Source: Thalia democratica (Eukaryota). Taken from it: DNA of 64,000 nt. Positions within the stretch are counted from its first letter, which is position 1; every line of letters begins with the position of its first letter. The DNA lies in the NCBI GenBank assembly GCA_965202585.1, contig OZ241827.1:12834001-12898000 (forward strand), in the 5' to 3' direction. Below, piece by piece: positions 25,483-36,950 of the stretch. Position numbers and translations under genes: made by a program. A model generated the notes under the pieces. The model saw only the letters and a list, made by a program, of their open reading frames with translations. It ran no database searches and had not been told where the DNA came from.

Positions 25483-26237
25483 TTAAAATGTTCCAATAAC
25501 CACATCAACCCTTGAATCAAGTACGTCCTCAACCTTGCTTGAAACCCGTTTATTCTTTACTTCCTGAGGGTCTGACTGCTTCACCTCATTGTAACTCTGG
25601 CACCCCTTCAACCTGTAGCCTCTTCCCTTGCGCGCCTTGGTGAAGTACAGGTAGAAGAAGGGGAAGTAGATAATAGTTTGAAGCATCCCTCCAGATATTG
25701 CTATAAGATCGTAAAAGCCTCCATTGTAATACCTGTCTGCCCAGCTGGCTATGTAAAAAGCCCTGTACAGACCCAATACGAATACGTAGTGCATTGTGAT
25801 GGTCTCGCACTCTCCCGTTCTGCACAGCATTATTGTCTGCGGGATCATGGTCACGGCTTCCAGGTAGATGGAGAAAGTCCACATGACTTCCCTGAACGAA
25901 AACTCGTGGTTTATCAGACAGGATAAAAGGGCTACAGGGATTAAGAGAAGAAGGGTCCAGTGGGTATCATTTTTGTCATCATAAGAGCTCCTGTACTTGT
26001 AGTATACAAGCACTACTGTCAGATACGTGAGGAATATGAAGGCGCACACGTTATCGTGTTGTAATAACTGATAAAGATTGTGAACAAGTCCAGGTATCTG
26101 GTGGTGAACACCAGAGCGTAGAAGACCTGAGTTTTTCCAGACAGTCCTGAAACAGATCTTGTCATGAGGATCTTAACAACCAGAATGACCAAAGCAAGCA
26201 AGAGGGAGATATCAGCTATGGGCCTGTATATATTCAT
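25483..26237 (-). pseudogene. Intronless KDELR paralog C, with a 1-nt deletion near codon 64 (~26049)
   Basis: ORF 26237-26019 (MNIYRPIAD...RYLDLFTIFISYYNT) joins ORF 26049-25483 (CAFIFLTY...YFPFF...) when one base is restored. Confidence 0.85.
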
Positions 26238-27209
26238 GCTGAAGTTTTTCTTAAAGGACTTAATAATAATTTACAACATCCTAGTGTTACTTAAAAGGTA
26301 AAAAAACAAAAACAACCATACGAATGCTTAACAACTTGACATTAGTACATTTAACTTGCGATTGGCTGTAGATTTCTTAATAAATATGCTGACTCCCATG
26401 TACGCACTCTGCTGAGTTGGTTGAGGTGTAGAAGTTTACAAATTAGTTATTTATAATAATAACTGTAAAAATATTTCAAGTTTAGTAAAAAACTCATTTG
26501 TCTAAGTTTATAAAAACTATAAAATCTAAAAAACTGCACAGAACACATTGTGTATGTTCTGATAATATTTTAAAAGTGTGCCCTAATAAGGTATTGCATA
26601 GATTTTTAGGAAATTATTAAAAGGTGATGCATACTTATGTTATAAAAGAACGTATTAAAAAAGTTAAGAATTAAGTATTTCAAAAATTTGAGTGTTATAA
26701 AAGTCTACATAGCAAGATATAATTGTAAATATTAGCTAATGTTAAATTTTACTCAAAATTAATGTAAAAAGCTAGAAACTTGTGTAAGAAACAACAGAAT
26801 GGCTTCATTGATAAAATACATTATTTACAAATGTTTACACAACATAATTGCACTTCTATTTAAACAAAAAATGCAGTTGATTAAATTTAATAAAGTTAGA
26901 GGTCTTTAATTTATGCATTAATGACAACAGTGTACTCATAAACTTATTAAAAATATTTTATTTGTATGTATCAAACATACATTTTTAAATATATTTAGTT
27001 ATTAATTTACTATTCTTTCTTATTTAGTTACAATAAGTTTGAATCAAAAAATTCGAATGAAAAGTTTAAACCTGCATTTACAATGAATGCATGTGTGAAC
27101 CTGAAAGCTAAAAACTTACTTTATGAAAACCAAGTATTATGTAACATTAATAAGCAGTGAGCAGCTGTAAGTATATTTAAAAAATTGTATTTTAAGTTGT
27201 GTGTAAAGT

Positions 27210-29483
27210 CTACAGCTTCAATCGCTTGATGTCTGCATCCTTGAACTCCACCCTCAGTGCCAATATTTTTTTTACCTCAAAAGGGGTCAACCTCCACGTC
27301 ATGTGGCTCTGACCCCACCAATCCTTCATTTCCTCAACACTGTCCAAATTTAAAACAGTGCTGATCTGGTTCAACCTGCTGAACCTGTCCCTTACCGACC
27401 AGGAAGCTACAGTTGTGATGTAGGTGACCAGTGATCGGAGTTCCTTGTCAAAGAACATGGCACCTAATCTGTTGAACTTGCTCTTGACTACAGTGTTTTC
27501 TAGCAGAAGGACAACTTCGTTGACCACCCTGGTTATTAATTGGTCGTATATTTCCTCCATCAACAATTCATTGAACTTGCTTAATAAAGTTTGCAGGTTG
27601 AATATGAATTGCTCTGCCCACGGATCATCAGCCTCATACTCCTCATGCTCTTCCTCAGATATGTTGTGGCTGACTGACAAAAAGTTTGACACCTGCGGCT
27701 TGTACTCTGGCTTCACTGCTTTGTTGTGCAGTTCAGTGATTGCAGCGTCCCTGATTGCCACAAACTGCTGTGAGAGATTGTCCAGGTCATCCAGGCAGCT
27801 GTTGAACTTGTCCTCGTGGCCCTGCAAGTGATGCCTGAACAGCCTGTTGATGTCCTTGTCCAAGCTGGACTTCAGCCTCAGTATGTGCTGGCTGCTCACC
27901 TGCAAGTTGTTAATGGTGATCAGGTAGTTGTGCTGGGACACCCTCGTGTTGTCATCAACACTTTTGATCTTTCCCTGCTGGAAAGAGGACTGCATGACAG
28001 TGTAGGCGGAGCTGATGTTGCCCAAAACGCCACCAGCGTTGTAACCCTCCTCAACTGTGGCTTTCAGCATGTTTTTGAGGTCAGAGTCAAGTATGGTGAC
28101 AGTGTGGTTCAATATGACGCACACACAGTCTATAGAGGAGCTATCAATGGACCTTGCAATGCATTTTCTTATGATGAAGAAGACATCATCAACTATGCTT
28201 GAAGTTGTGCAGCCCTCTTCCAAATGGTTGAGCTCCTTTGCCCTGTGGATAGACTCCTTCATGTAGTACTCTTCAATGACTATGTATTTTGAAATGACAG
28301 TGTGAATGAACACTGACAAGTCAGAGCTTTTTATCCACTTTTGGAACTCAGACCAGGACTCATCTCTTTCACTTTGGTTCGGGTAGACAATCTCAATGTC
28401 AGCCTTGATGCGCCTCTTGATGAACCTGAGATAGAGCTCAGCGCGGGAGCTTATCACTGTTATTTCATTTAACAATGTTTCCAGCTTTCTGGGGTCAAGC
28501 TTTTTAACTTCTTCATTTTTCTTGCTGTTGGCAAACATTGAAATTTGAACCTGCCTCTCAGTCTCAGCAAAGTTCCTCTGCTTGAGAAACTCATTGAGTA
28601 TCTTGTTGGCCTGCTTGTCACATTCAATCTGCAGGTTTTTCATCAAATCAAACAGCTTTCCAGGGCCATAGTAAGTCTCAACAAGAATCTGCTGCGTTTC
28701 TATTGTCTTGGCAATGCCCTCAAACAGAATTGTCAGTATGTCTGAAAAGATAATGTGGTACTTGGAGTCTGTTTTTTCAATGTTCACTGCTTGTTTAAGG
28801 TTGCTGGTGGCGCTCTTTGCAATTTCACCAGAGAGGTACTTGGAAAACTTGGTCAGGCCCAGGTCTTCCAGTTTCAGCCAGGGGAAAATTTTAAAGAATT
28901 TTTCAACATCTGCCTGGTTTCCTTCCTGCACTGCTAGGTCAAATTTTTCAGAGACCACTTTTGACATCTCCTCCCTGGCGTTCTTGAGAACTTGCAGTGA
29001 GGCGTTTATGTTGGTGCTCTCAGCTCCAATGTTCACGCTCTGCTTTATAACATTCTCATCTAGGCACAGGTACCTGTGAATGTTTGCAGCAGCCTTCTCA
29101 TAGTCCTGACACTCCATGGCCATCTTGACACCATCTGTGCAGGTTTTCAGGTCAAGAATGTCATCAACCCTTTGTATGGCCTTGAACACCTGGTTCTTTG
29201 CCAAATCTAGCAGCTTCACTTTGGAGCTGATGTCGTCAGCAAGCGTGGAAGTGAACTCTATGGTCTTGCCCAGTCCAACCAGCTCTGTTTGGGCGACTGA
29301 CAGCAGTGGAATGCTGCCATAGAGCTGCTTCATCTGGGCTTCCAAAGTGCTTTTGTTCTGCAGCAGGCCGTCCAGTTTTGCAGTGTGGTGTTTCTCTTCA
29401 TCTTCAACTCTCAAGATTGCCTCTTCTATTTCGTCCAAAGTTGACAGGTTCTTAATTTTGTCTGGAATCTTAGCCAGCTCCAT
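27210..29483 (-). CDS. COG4: Conserved oligomeric Golgi complex subunit 4, single coding exon, 757 aa
   Basis: Motifs LLDLAKN...QRVDDILDLK...DYEKAAANIHRYL, SSIVDDVFFIIRK, KFNRLGAMFFDKELRSL and WRLTPFEVKKILALRVEF match recalled COG4 sequence. Confidence 0.95.
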   Translation of the reverse strand: MELAKIPDKIKNLSTLDEIEEAILRVEDEEKHHTAKLDGLLQNKSTLEAQMKQLYGSIPLLSVAQTELVGLGKTIEFTSTLADDISSKVKLLDLAKNQVFKAIQRVDDILDLKTCTDGVKMAMECQDYEKAAANIHRYLCLDENVIKQSVNIGAESTNINASLQVLKNAREEMSKVVSEKFDLAVQEGNQADVEKFFKIFPWLKLEDLGLTKFSKYLSGEIAKSATSNLKQAVNIEKTDSKYHIIFSDILTILFEGIAKTIETQQILVETYYGPGKLFDLMKNLQIECDKQANKILNEFLKQRNFAETERQVQISMFANSKKNEEVKKLDPRKLETLLNEITVISSRAELYLRFIKRRIKADIEIVYPNQSERDESWSEFQKWIKSSDLSVFIHTVISKYIVIEEYYMKESIHRAKELNHLEEGCTTSSIVDDVFFIIRKCIARSIDSSSIDCVCVILNHTVTILDSDLKNMLKATVEEGYNAGGVLGNISSAYTVMQSSFQQGKIKSVDDNTRVSQHNYLITINNLQVSSQHILRLKSSLDKDINRLFRHHLQGHEDKFNSCLDDLDNLSQQFVAIRDAAITELHNKAVKPEYKPQVSNFLSVSHNISEEEHEEYEADDPWAEQFIFNLQTLLSKFNELLMEEIYDQLITRVVNEVVLLLENTVVKSKFNRLGAMFFDKELRSLVTYITTVASWSVRDRFSRLNQISTVLNLDSVEEMKDWWGQSHMTWRLTPFEVKKILALRVEFKDADIKRLKL

Positions 29484-29504
29484 TTTTTTAAAGATTTTAA
29501 AAGT

Positions 29505-29515
29505 CTACAGAAAAG
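29505..29515 (-). promoter_or_regulatory. 3' splice acceptor 21 nt upstream of the COG4 ATG
   Basis: CTTTTCTGTAG|ACTTTTAAAATCTTTAAAAAAATG. Confidence 0.55.
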
Positions 29516-29944
29516 TACTTGTTTTTTAGTTGATTATAATAAATGTAACTTTCAGATATTAAAAAACTTTATTTGGATAATTTTAATACAAAATCTAATT
29601 CTAATAACTTAATTTTTTTCAATACTTTTTGACTGCACAAAACTAAAAAAAAAGTTTTTAATCATTTTAAACATTGAATTTAACATAACATTTGAGTTGG
29701 AACTAAAACTTGGTTTTATTTCTAATGGAAATTATTGACATTAGAACTTGACTTAATATAAAAACACACATAGATCTTATTCATATTTTTTTTAATCTCA
29801 TAAAAAAAGTTTAGTTTATCTTAATTACGAAATCAACTACATATGCTGTAACATTAGAGTTCGAAACATACTAAAATTTGTAAGCTTGACTAAATTTTAT
29901 CCACAAGCTTTTATCTCAGGTTAATTTAGTAGAAAATCTACTTA

Positions 29945-30261
29945 CAGGGCTATCACTCGTTTTTTCAAAAAATTTTCCAGGTTTTCCAAATTTCTTCCAG
30001 AATTTTAAAAGTACACATTTTTGGGTCTATTTTTATTTTAAAGATTATTTTAAGGTAAGGAACTGTGTTAAAAAGTATTAAAAAATTGAAAAGATACTGT
30101 AAAACTACTTTCTATGTTTTTTAATAAAAAAATTTAAATGACAAAATCTTTTTATCTATATGATAGATTTTTTGAGTCAAATCAAAATTTTACTACTGTA
30201 CATGTTAAAATTGTTAAAATTCCATGTTTTTCCAGGTTTCCAGGTAAAGTGGCAACCCTGT
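29945..30261. mobile_element. ~317-bp MITE with CAGGGTTGCCAC-type TIRs (hAT-like)
   Basis: Left end CAGGGCTATCAC, right end GTGGCAACCCTG, flanked on both sides by TACTTA. Related ends at 9372-9383, 32430 and 48782/49079. Confidence 0.65.
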
Positions 30262-33202
30262 ACTTAGTTTGTAAAGATATAACTTTTTTTTGAATTATCA
30301 AGAATGCAAAATAGAGCTTAAAAAAAATATTACACACATAAAGAAAGTGGTATTGCAAAAGCTTAATAAAAAATTTTAACAATAATATAAAATTAACTTT
30401 ATATTGAAAATAGTTTTAGTAAAAGTCAAAGTCTAGAAAACTTTATACTTATGTATTATGAATACTTAAAAGAATCATAATAATAACAAAAGGTATTAGT
30501 TATGAAAATAAAAATAAATGCTTTTTTGTAACAAATTTGATTTTTATTTATAATAAAAACTAGCCTGAGATTAATATATAAAGGAAATATATACAAACAT
30601 GTCTAAAGCTAGAAAAAAAAATTCAGAACACCTTAAGTTTTCAAATGAACTGAAGAATCTTAAACTAGTCTGAGTTTTAAAATTTTCCAACTAGCATGAG
30701 TTAGTCTAAAAGGACTGAGAAGCCTGAGTCTAAAAGGTATCCCTGATTTTTAGAAGTATTAAGTTAATAATCAATATAAAAGATTAAGGTTTGGCTTCTA
30801 ATTATTACAAAAAACTTTTTTAAATTAGTGTAAGTAATTTTAGCTGTAAACAAAAGATATTATAATAATCTATTTATTCAAGTACAAATATTTAATGATT
30901 TAAATTAAATTTTAGTGTATTATGTTAAAATTATTTCTTAAATTTAAAATTACACCTGAAATATATAAAGTACTTAATATTAACGGTTTTAAGCATTAAG
31001 CAAACAATTCAATTAGTGAAAATGTAATTTTTTTTGTAAAAACAACCAAAATAACATTTTTACATTAAAACACACACACTATGGTTTTTAATCAAATCAC
31101 ATCAAATTTCATACTTAAAAAAATTTTATTGAATATAATTTAAACAACTACTTTGAAACTATCCAGCCTAATTATTTTTAGAAATATTTTAATATACAAG
31201 TCTAATAAAATTAGTTTTTGTGTAACATGCTACAATTTTAAGATTCATTGAAAAAATGGTATGAAGAATTTTATATGAATAAGATTTAATAATTAACTGA
31301 TGATCCCTTTTCTGAGTGAAACATTGTTTTGAAAATAAAATCTTAAAAGATTGGAATTTATATTATTCTCTAATTAATAAGATGTGATCTATAATTTTTA
31401 TCTTTAAAGATAAAAGTTTTACAAGAAATAATAGTATTAAATAAACCTTTTCAACAATTTTTACATTAGATCAAACTTAACCGAGTTTTTATTTCAAGTT
31501 ACATCATTATAAATAGTTTTAATTTAAAACAGCATACACTTTAAATGAGCTACTGGAACAACTTTTTAGACCCACTTATATTTTTCAACTGGCTAAGAGA
31601 CAAGTAAAAAAATAAATAAAATGTAGCAAAAACCATAAATATTTATTTACCATACCAAAATATGCAGCAAACAACTAGTTTAAAATAGCCTTGTTTTTTT
31701 ATAAATTTTATAATTATTAAGCAGATTTAATAAATATTAAATTTCAAGTAGATAAAAACTAACATTATTAAAGAATTTCCACTAACTAAGATGAATAAGT
31801 TAAACTAGCTCATTTTTCCAAGTAAAAATTTGGTTTAATTTAAAAAACTTATAATTTCAGTTTAACCTTTTATTTTTTCTAAGATTTTAACATAATTATG
31901 AAAGCATTCAACACATTTATAAACAAAATAATAACTTATAATACAATAATAAAATTGATATATGATTTAATAAAAAAATATTTAATTTATCTTAAGTCTA
32001 ATAAACATTTGTAAAACTTATGAGTAGCCAGGGTAACATTGGTCATTCATACTATAACAAAGAAACTTATATAAAACATTTTATTATTTTCTAAATTGGT
32101 CATGTTTATTGTGTTTGGAACACTTTTTCTACATATTTTTTTAATTCACAAAAATAACTGATAAACTTATTGTAATCTAGTTAAAACAGTTTTTTTAAAT
32201 ATCTTAGAAAAGAAGATCTGTATACTACAACATCTACTTGTGGAGGTTTAGATTACAAAAGCCCTGTATTCCAAAAGGTCCTTTAATAAATGTTTAAGCT
32301 TTAAGAAAATTCCAAAAAACAACAGTTATTTAATATAAAGATAACTGATTTGTTTTATTTAAATTATTAAATATATTTATTATAAATAATAAGAAAACTT
32401 TATATCTGTTGAATTAATTAAAATAATTACAGGGTTGCCAGTTATTTATAAGAAATTTTAAGTTTTCTTAATTTCTTCCAGGTAAAAAAACCAAGTATTT
32501 TTGTCTCTTTGTTGTAAAAAAAAAAACTTGAGGTAATAAATGTTTTTAAAATAATAAAGATACAGAAATGGTACTACATTTTTTTTTTTAATAATAAGTA
32601 AAGGTCTGATAAATATAACAACTTACTTATTGTATACATTAGTTCTACCTTATCTTATCTGATTTTATTATTTTCATACTAAAATTATTTAAAATTTTTA
32701 TTTTTTTAACTTTTTTGTTCAACATTCAATGCTTTTCAAAAGATCAAGTTACAGGGCTTTTTTTTTTCAACTATCAAATTCTAGGTTCAATGGCTACTGT
32801 TTTAGATTAATTTGTAGTCGTTAGAAATTCAAAAGTTTAAAAGTTGTTTTAATAAAAAGAACGATTATTTAGAAAATTATTAATTTTTATCATTTTCTTA
32901 TAACCTTAGTTCCTAAGAATTCAATAAATTAGGTGCTTACAAAAAACAATATGAAAATGAAACTCAATGAAGCTGGCTAAGAATTTCATTATCAATAACT
33001 TTAAAAAACTAAAAGAGACCAGTTTATGATCAAAAGTTTAAAGTTATCTTTCAACTTTAGTGACTATGTTTTTTTTATTTTTTATTTTTTTATTTACAGA
33101 AATGTTTAAGATTTATATTGAAAGTGTTTACAACAATGTTCCATTCATTTTTAATCTAACTTCTAAATAACTTATTTTACTCATACTATTTAATTTTTTT
33201 TT

Positions 33203-33750
33203 AATTAAGGGCATAGGGGGTATATCACTTTTTTCACAATTTGATCTTATTTTATAGAGTTTTAACAAGCTGAACTAAAACAGTAAATGACTAGAAATCA
33301 CTAAAAATCTATATTCTCCAACATTTTTTGAGATAACTTACTCAAACATTCAGGAAATGTACCTTGCAATATTTAGAAAATTATGTCGGATCAGAATTAA
33401 AGAAATCAAAGAATTAAAGAAATAAAAATTTTAAGACAAAAAATTAAAAAACTTTTTTTTTTATTCCTTCTGACAGAATTTTACAAGTATTGCATGGAAC
33501 ATTTCCTGAAAGTTGAGGAAGTTATCTCAAAAAGCATAGGAGAAAATAGATTTTTAGTGAAATAGCCTTTTTTGCTGTTTTAATTTGCACCTTCTATGAG
33601 GAACCTATTGTTGCCTTCAACTTTGGCCTGCTATATCTTAAAATTATTTTAAACTTATGAAATCTGTAAAAAGCATCTTATAGCTTAGTTAAAACTCTAT
33701 AAAATAAGATCAAGTTGTGGAAAAGTGATTTACCTCCCCTTATGCCCTTA
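33203..33750. mobile_element. Palindromic MITE, TTAA-flanked, with GGGCATAGGGG TIRs (Kolobok-like termini)
   Basis: TTAAGGGCATAGGGGGT...CCCCTTATGCCCTTAA, with long internal inverted arms. Second copy at ~50927-51606. Confidence 0.75.
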
Positions 33751-36379
33751 ATACATTATTTTTTTTAATAATTATTAATAATACATATTTTCCCTAATTA
33801 TCTACCTTTATTATCATTTACTTTTATTCTTATACTCCATATATGTTTAATATTATGTGAGGAGGGTTAAGGATGAATGTATGATTTTAATGAAAACATT
33901 TAAGTGTGTTAAAATTACATTAGTAATTAAGTATAAATATAAAACTTAAGTAGCAATGACATCAATAACAACATTTAAAAATATGTTATCAATAACCAAT
34001 TCTTAAACTATATAACTTTTTTGTCTATTTAAAAGAATTTTCAAGTCCAGGTGTTGTAAATAAATCAAATACAGAACTGAAATGTCTTTGTAAAAACCAT
34101 TTTGAGAATTATAAGACAAACATGATCATAAAATAAAAAAGCTGTGTGATATTTAAATAAATATTATTAAATTAAGTTCTTAATTGACTTATTAACAATA
34201 ATAATTTTTTTAAAGAAGAATTTTACAATTTTATAAATTTAATTCTATTGTAAGTGGTCACTAAACTTTAAGCTTATGATATGTAGAAAATTTGATACTT
34301 TAATATATTTTAATCATACTTTTACATGAATTAATCATTACAATATTATTAAGAAATTACTGAAACACTTTTTAATATATTTTAATATAATAATAATAAA
34401 TATAATTCTTATTACTACATTTATTGACTTGTTTATTTACTTCAACAAGAAACTAAATGAATGTAGATTATCAAGTAAGTTATAGGAAAGTTCAAACTAT
34501 TTTAAGTTAAAAAAATATGTTATTCAAATTTAATTTATTTTAAAATAATAAGAAGTTTCAAACTAAGTATTTGTTGATAAGTTAATCTGAATATTTTTTA
34601 TTTAATATGAAAAGTTTGTTACAAAACAAATTCAAGTTGAAATGAATAAATGTTTTTCATAACTTAAAAGTTAAAACTAACAGTAGATTTTTATAAGCAA
34701 CAGACTTGATTCTTGTTTTTATCAAATAACTACCTATGGGTATGAAAGTTTTGTTGATTCCTTATCTTACTTCTATCTGTTTAGTTGTTTATTTTTAAAT
34801 CCATGGAATTTGGTTTCTTACTTTCTTTATTAAATTTGCAAATACCAACGTAGCAAAACATAAACCAATTCGCCCTTTTGACATTTTTAGTCGTAAGATA
34901 AAGAATATCAAATGACGTGTCACTGATAATAGTAAAGTAGTTTTTTTATTTTTCCTGTTTACCGTCTACCACAGTTGCTAAATTTCTATGAAAAAATTGC
35001 CACACAACAATTTTAGTATAATATTTTCAATGTAAACTAAAAAAAAATTATTCATATACAAAATTATTTATTATATAAAAAACAACTAATTTTCAAATCG
35101 TTTACTTAGTTTTAATGCTTTGTGCATCTCCTCAGAACGAAATAAAGAACATAGTAAGATTTTTTAAAATCACACAAAAAAACACATTGTGACGTTTCAA
35201 CTAAAAATGAATAATTTTAGTTAGCCTATTTTGAAAACAACTTATGTACAAGTTAACTTATTTTTGCTTTGTTTGTTCTTATTTTCGACTTATTTTGTTG
35301 TTATTTTTTTGTTATTTTTTAGTTGTTTTTGGTTTTTTTGAAATACATGTTTTGATCATGGAGGCAGGGTTGCTGCCTTTCTTTTCTTTTATTTAATAAT
35401 AAATCTTATTTAATTTTTTTAATCTCCTACTTTTCCAAGCAACATAAATGGCATGTTTTATTGTTTTTAGGTTTTGTTTTGGTTCTGCAGAGTATTTCCC
35501 ATTTTAAATTATAGTCTTTTTTTGCGTCTTTTAACAACCAAATATAGTTCGATAATTCGGTATTGTGCCTTTTTAATTTGTTAGTAAAGCTTGCTTTATG
35601 GTTGCTATATCTGTTTTTAAATACTGTACTAGTGGAACCTACGTAAAATTTTGTTATATCTTATGTTTTTATAGTTGCTTGGTAGATTATATTTTTTATT
35701 TATATTTTTCATTTCTGAGACTCTGTTCTGACGATTCTGTATTTTTCTTTTAATATTGAACTAGAGAAAAAAAAAAAGCAACTTTTTAAATAAATTAAAA
35801 CAGTTTTACTTTAATTTTTACAATACTTTTTGAATATTAGAACCTAGACAACTCTTTTTAACAAAGCTATATTTTTAGAAGCCTATCAAACTATTTTTAT
35901 TCACCGAACTACTTAAAAATAGTAGATTCAATTTTGTTGTTAAAAAAAACTTTAAATTCAAAAGTTTAAACAGTGAATAGATATTTTTCCGAAACAATGT
36001 TAATACTATTTTCTAAGTCGTTTCAAAATATTATCCAGTCAATACGCAGCACCACAGCTGTTTCAATACTTTATTTATAGTTTAAATAAACCATTATATT
36101 ACAAAAATACTTTATTGAGTGTAAATAAAGTAAAAATATTTATTTACAACTTTTGAATTTTAATATTGGTTTAAAAACTTTTTTTTCCAAAAATTGTATT
36201 AAAATATTGAAGAAACAAGTTAAAAGTTTTATCCTTACTTTTTCATAATAAACTATCAAAATATCAGTCAAATTACTATATATAGTTCATAGCAATTTTT
36301 AACTATATTTCTAACTTTATTTTTCAACAGCAAACCATAAGCCACCTCTTCTAGATTCTTAAAAAATAAAAAATAAAAC

Positions 36380-36950
36380 CGTGTAGACTTTTTAAGGTTT
36401 TTTCAGTGTTTCGTCTTTTTAAAAGCTGAAAGACTGATTGTTAAAGTTTTTACACTAACTTAAATCAATAAGTTATTGATGTAGACTTATGTATCAATCT
36501 AACCCACTGCTGTACGAAAACTGTAGATTGCTTCTAGGTTTTGAGACTGCATTCAACAACATAACAGTAAATATTTTTCGTTAACTATTATTAAAAAGTC
36601 ATCGCTAACTACTGAAGATATTTCATTAATACGAAAAGTAAATTGACGCTCCGCTTTTAACAAAGTTTGATCAAAATAAAAGTTTTTTGCTCTACGTCGG
36701 CCGGATTGCAATTTTGTATGCAACTACAGGTTTTTTCTCAACTTGTTGGTCGGTAGTTTGATTTTTTTGATGAATTTTCACGTTTAGGTGTCCCATATTA
36801 TTTTAAGTCGTTTTCCTTCCAAATCTCTTTGGATTACTTTTTTATGAAAAGCTTTAATACTTTAAAGTCTAAATTAATCGAGAAATGCGTGGTATTAAAC
36901 TTGAAATATACAAAATCCTCGTGTTATTCAACTATATGGTACATCATTGT
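36380..36950 (-). mobile_element. Decayed non-LTR (LINE) reverse transcriptase fragment
   Basis: Minus strand reads KEIWKEND...SKKSNYRPTS and ERQFTFR, resembling the P..WK.A...PI.KK...SNYRPIS and QFGFR motifs of CR1/L2/Jockey-type RT. Many stops. Confidence 0.5.

Noticed and set aside
19306-25926. Plus-strand and alternate-frame ORFs over KDELR and its paralogs
   Set aside because: Antisense or off-frame shadows. Their mutual similarity simply reflects the paralogy.
22440-26060. Programmed ribosomal frameshifting to rescue paralogs A and C
   Set aside because: No slippery heptamer or evident downstream structure at either indel.
27424-29529. Several plus-strand ORFs of 60-135 aa
   Set aside because: Antisense shadows of the COG4 ORF caused by its codon bias.
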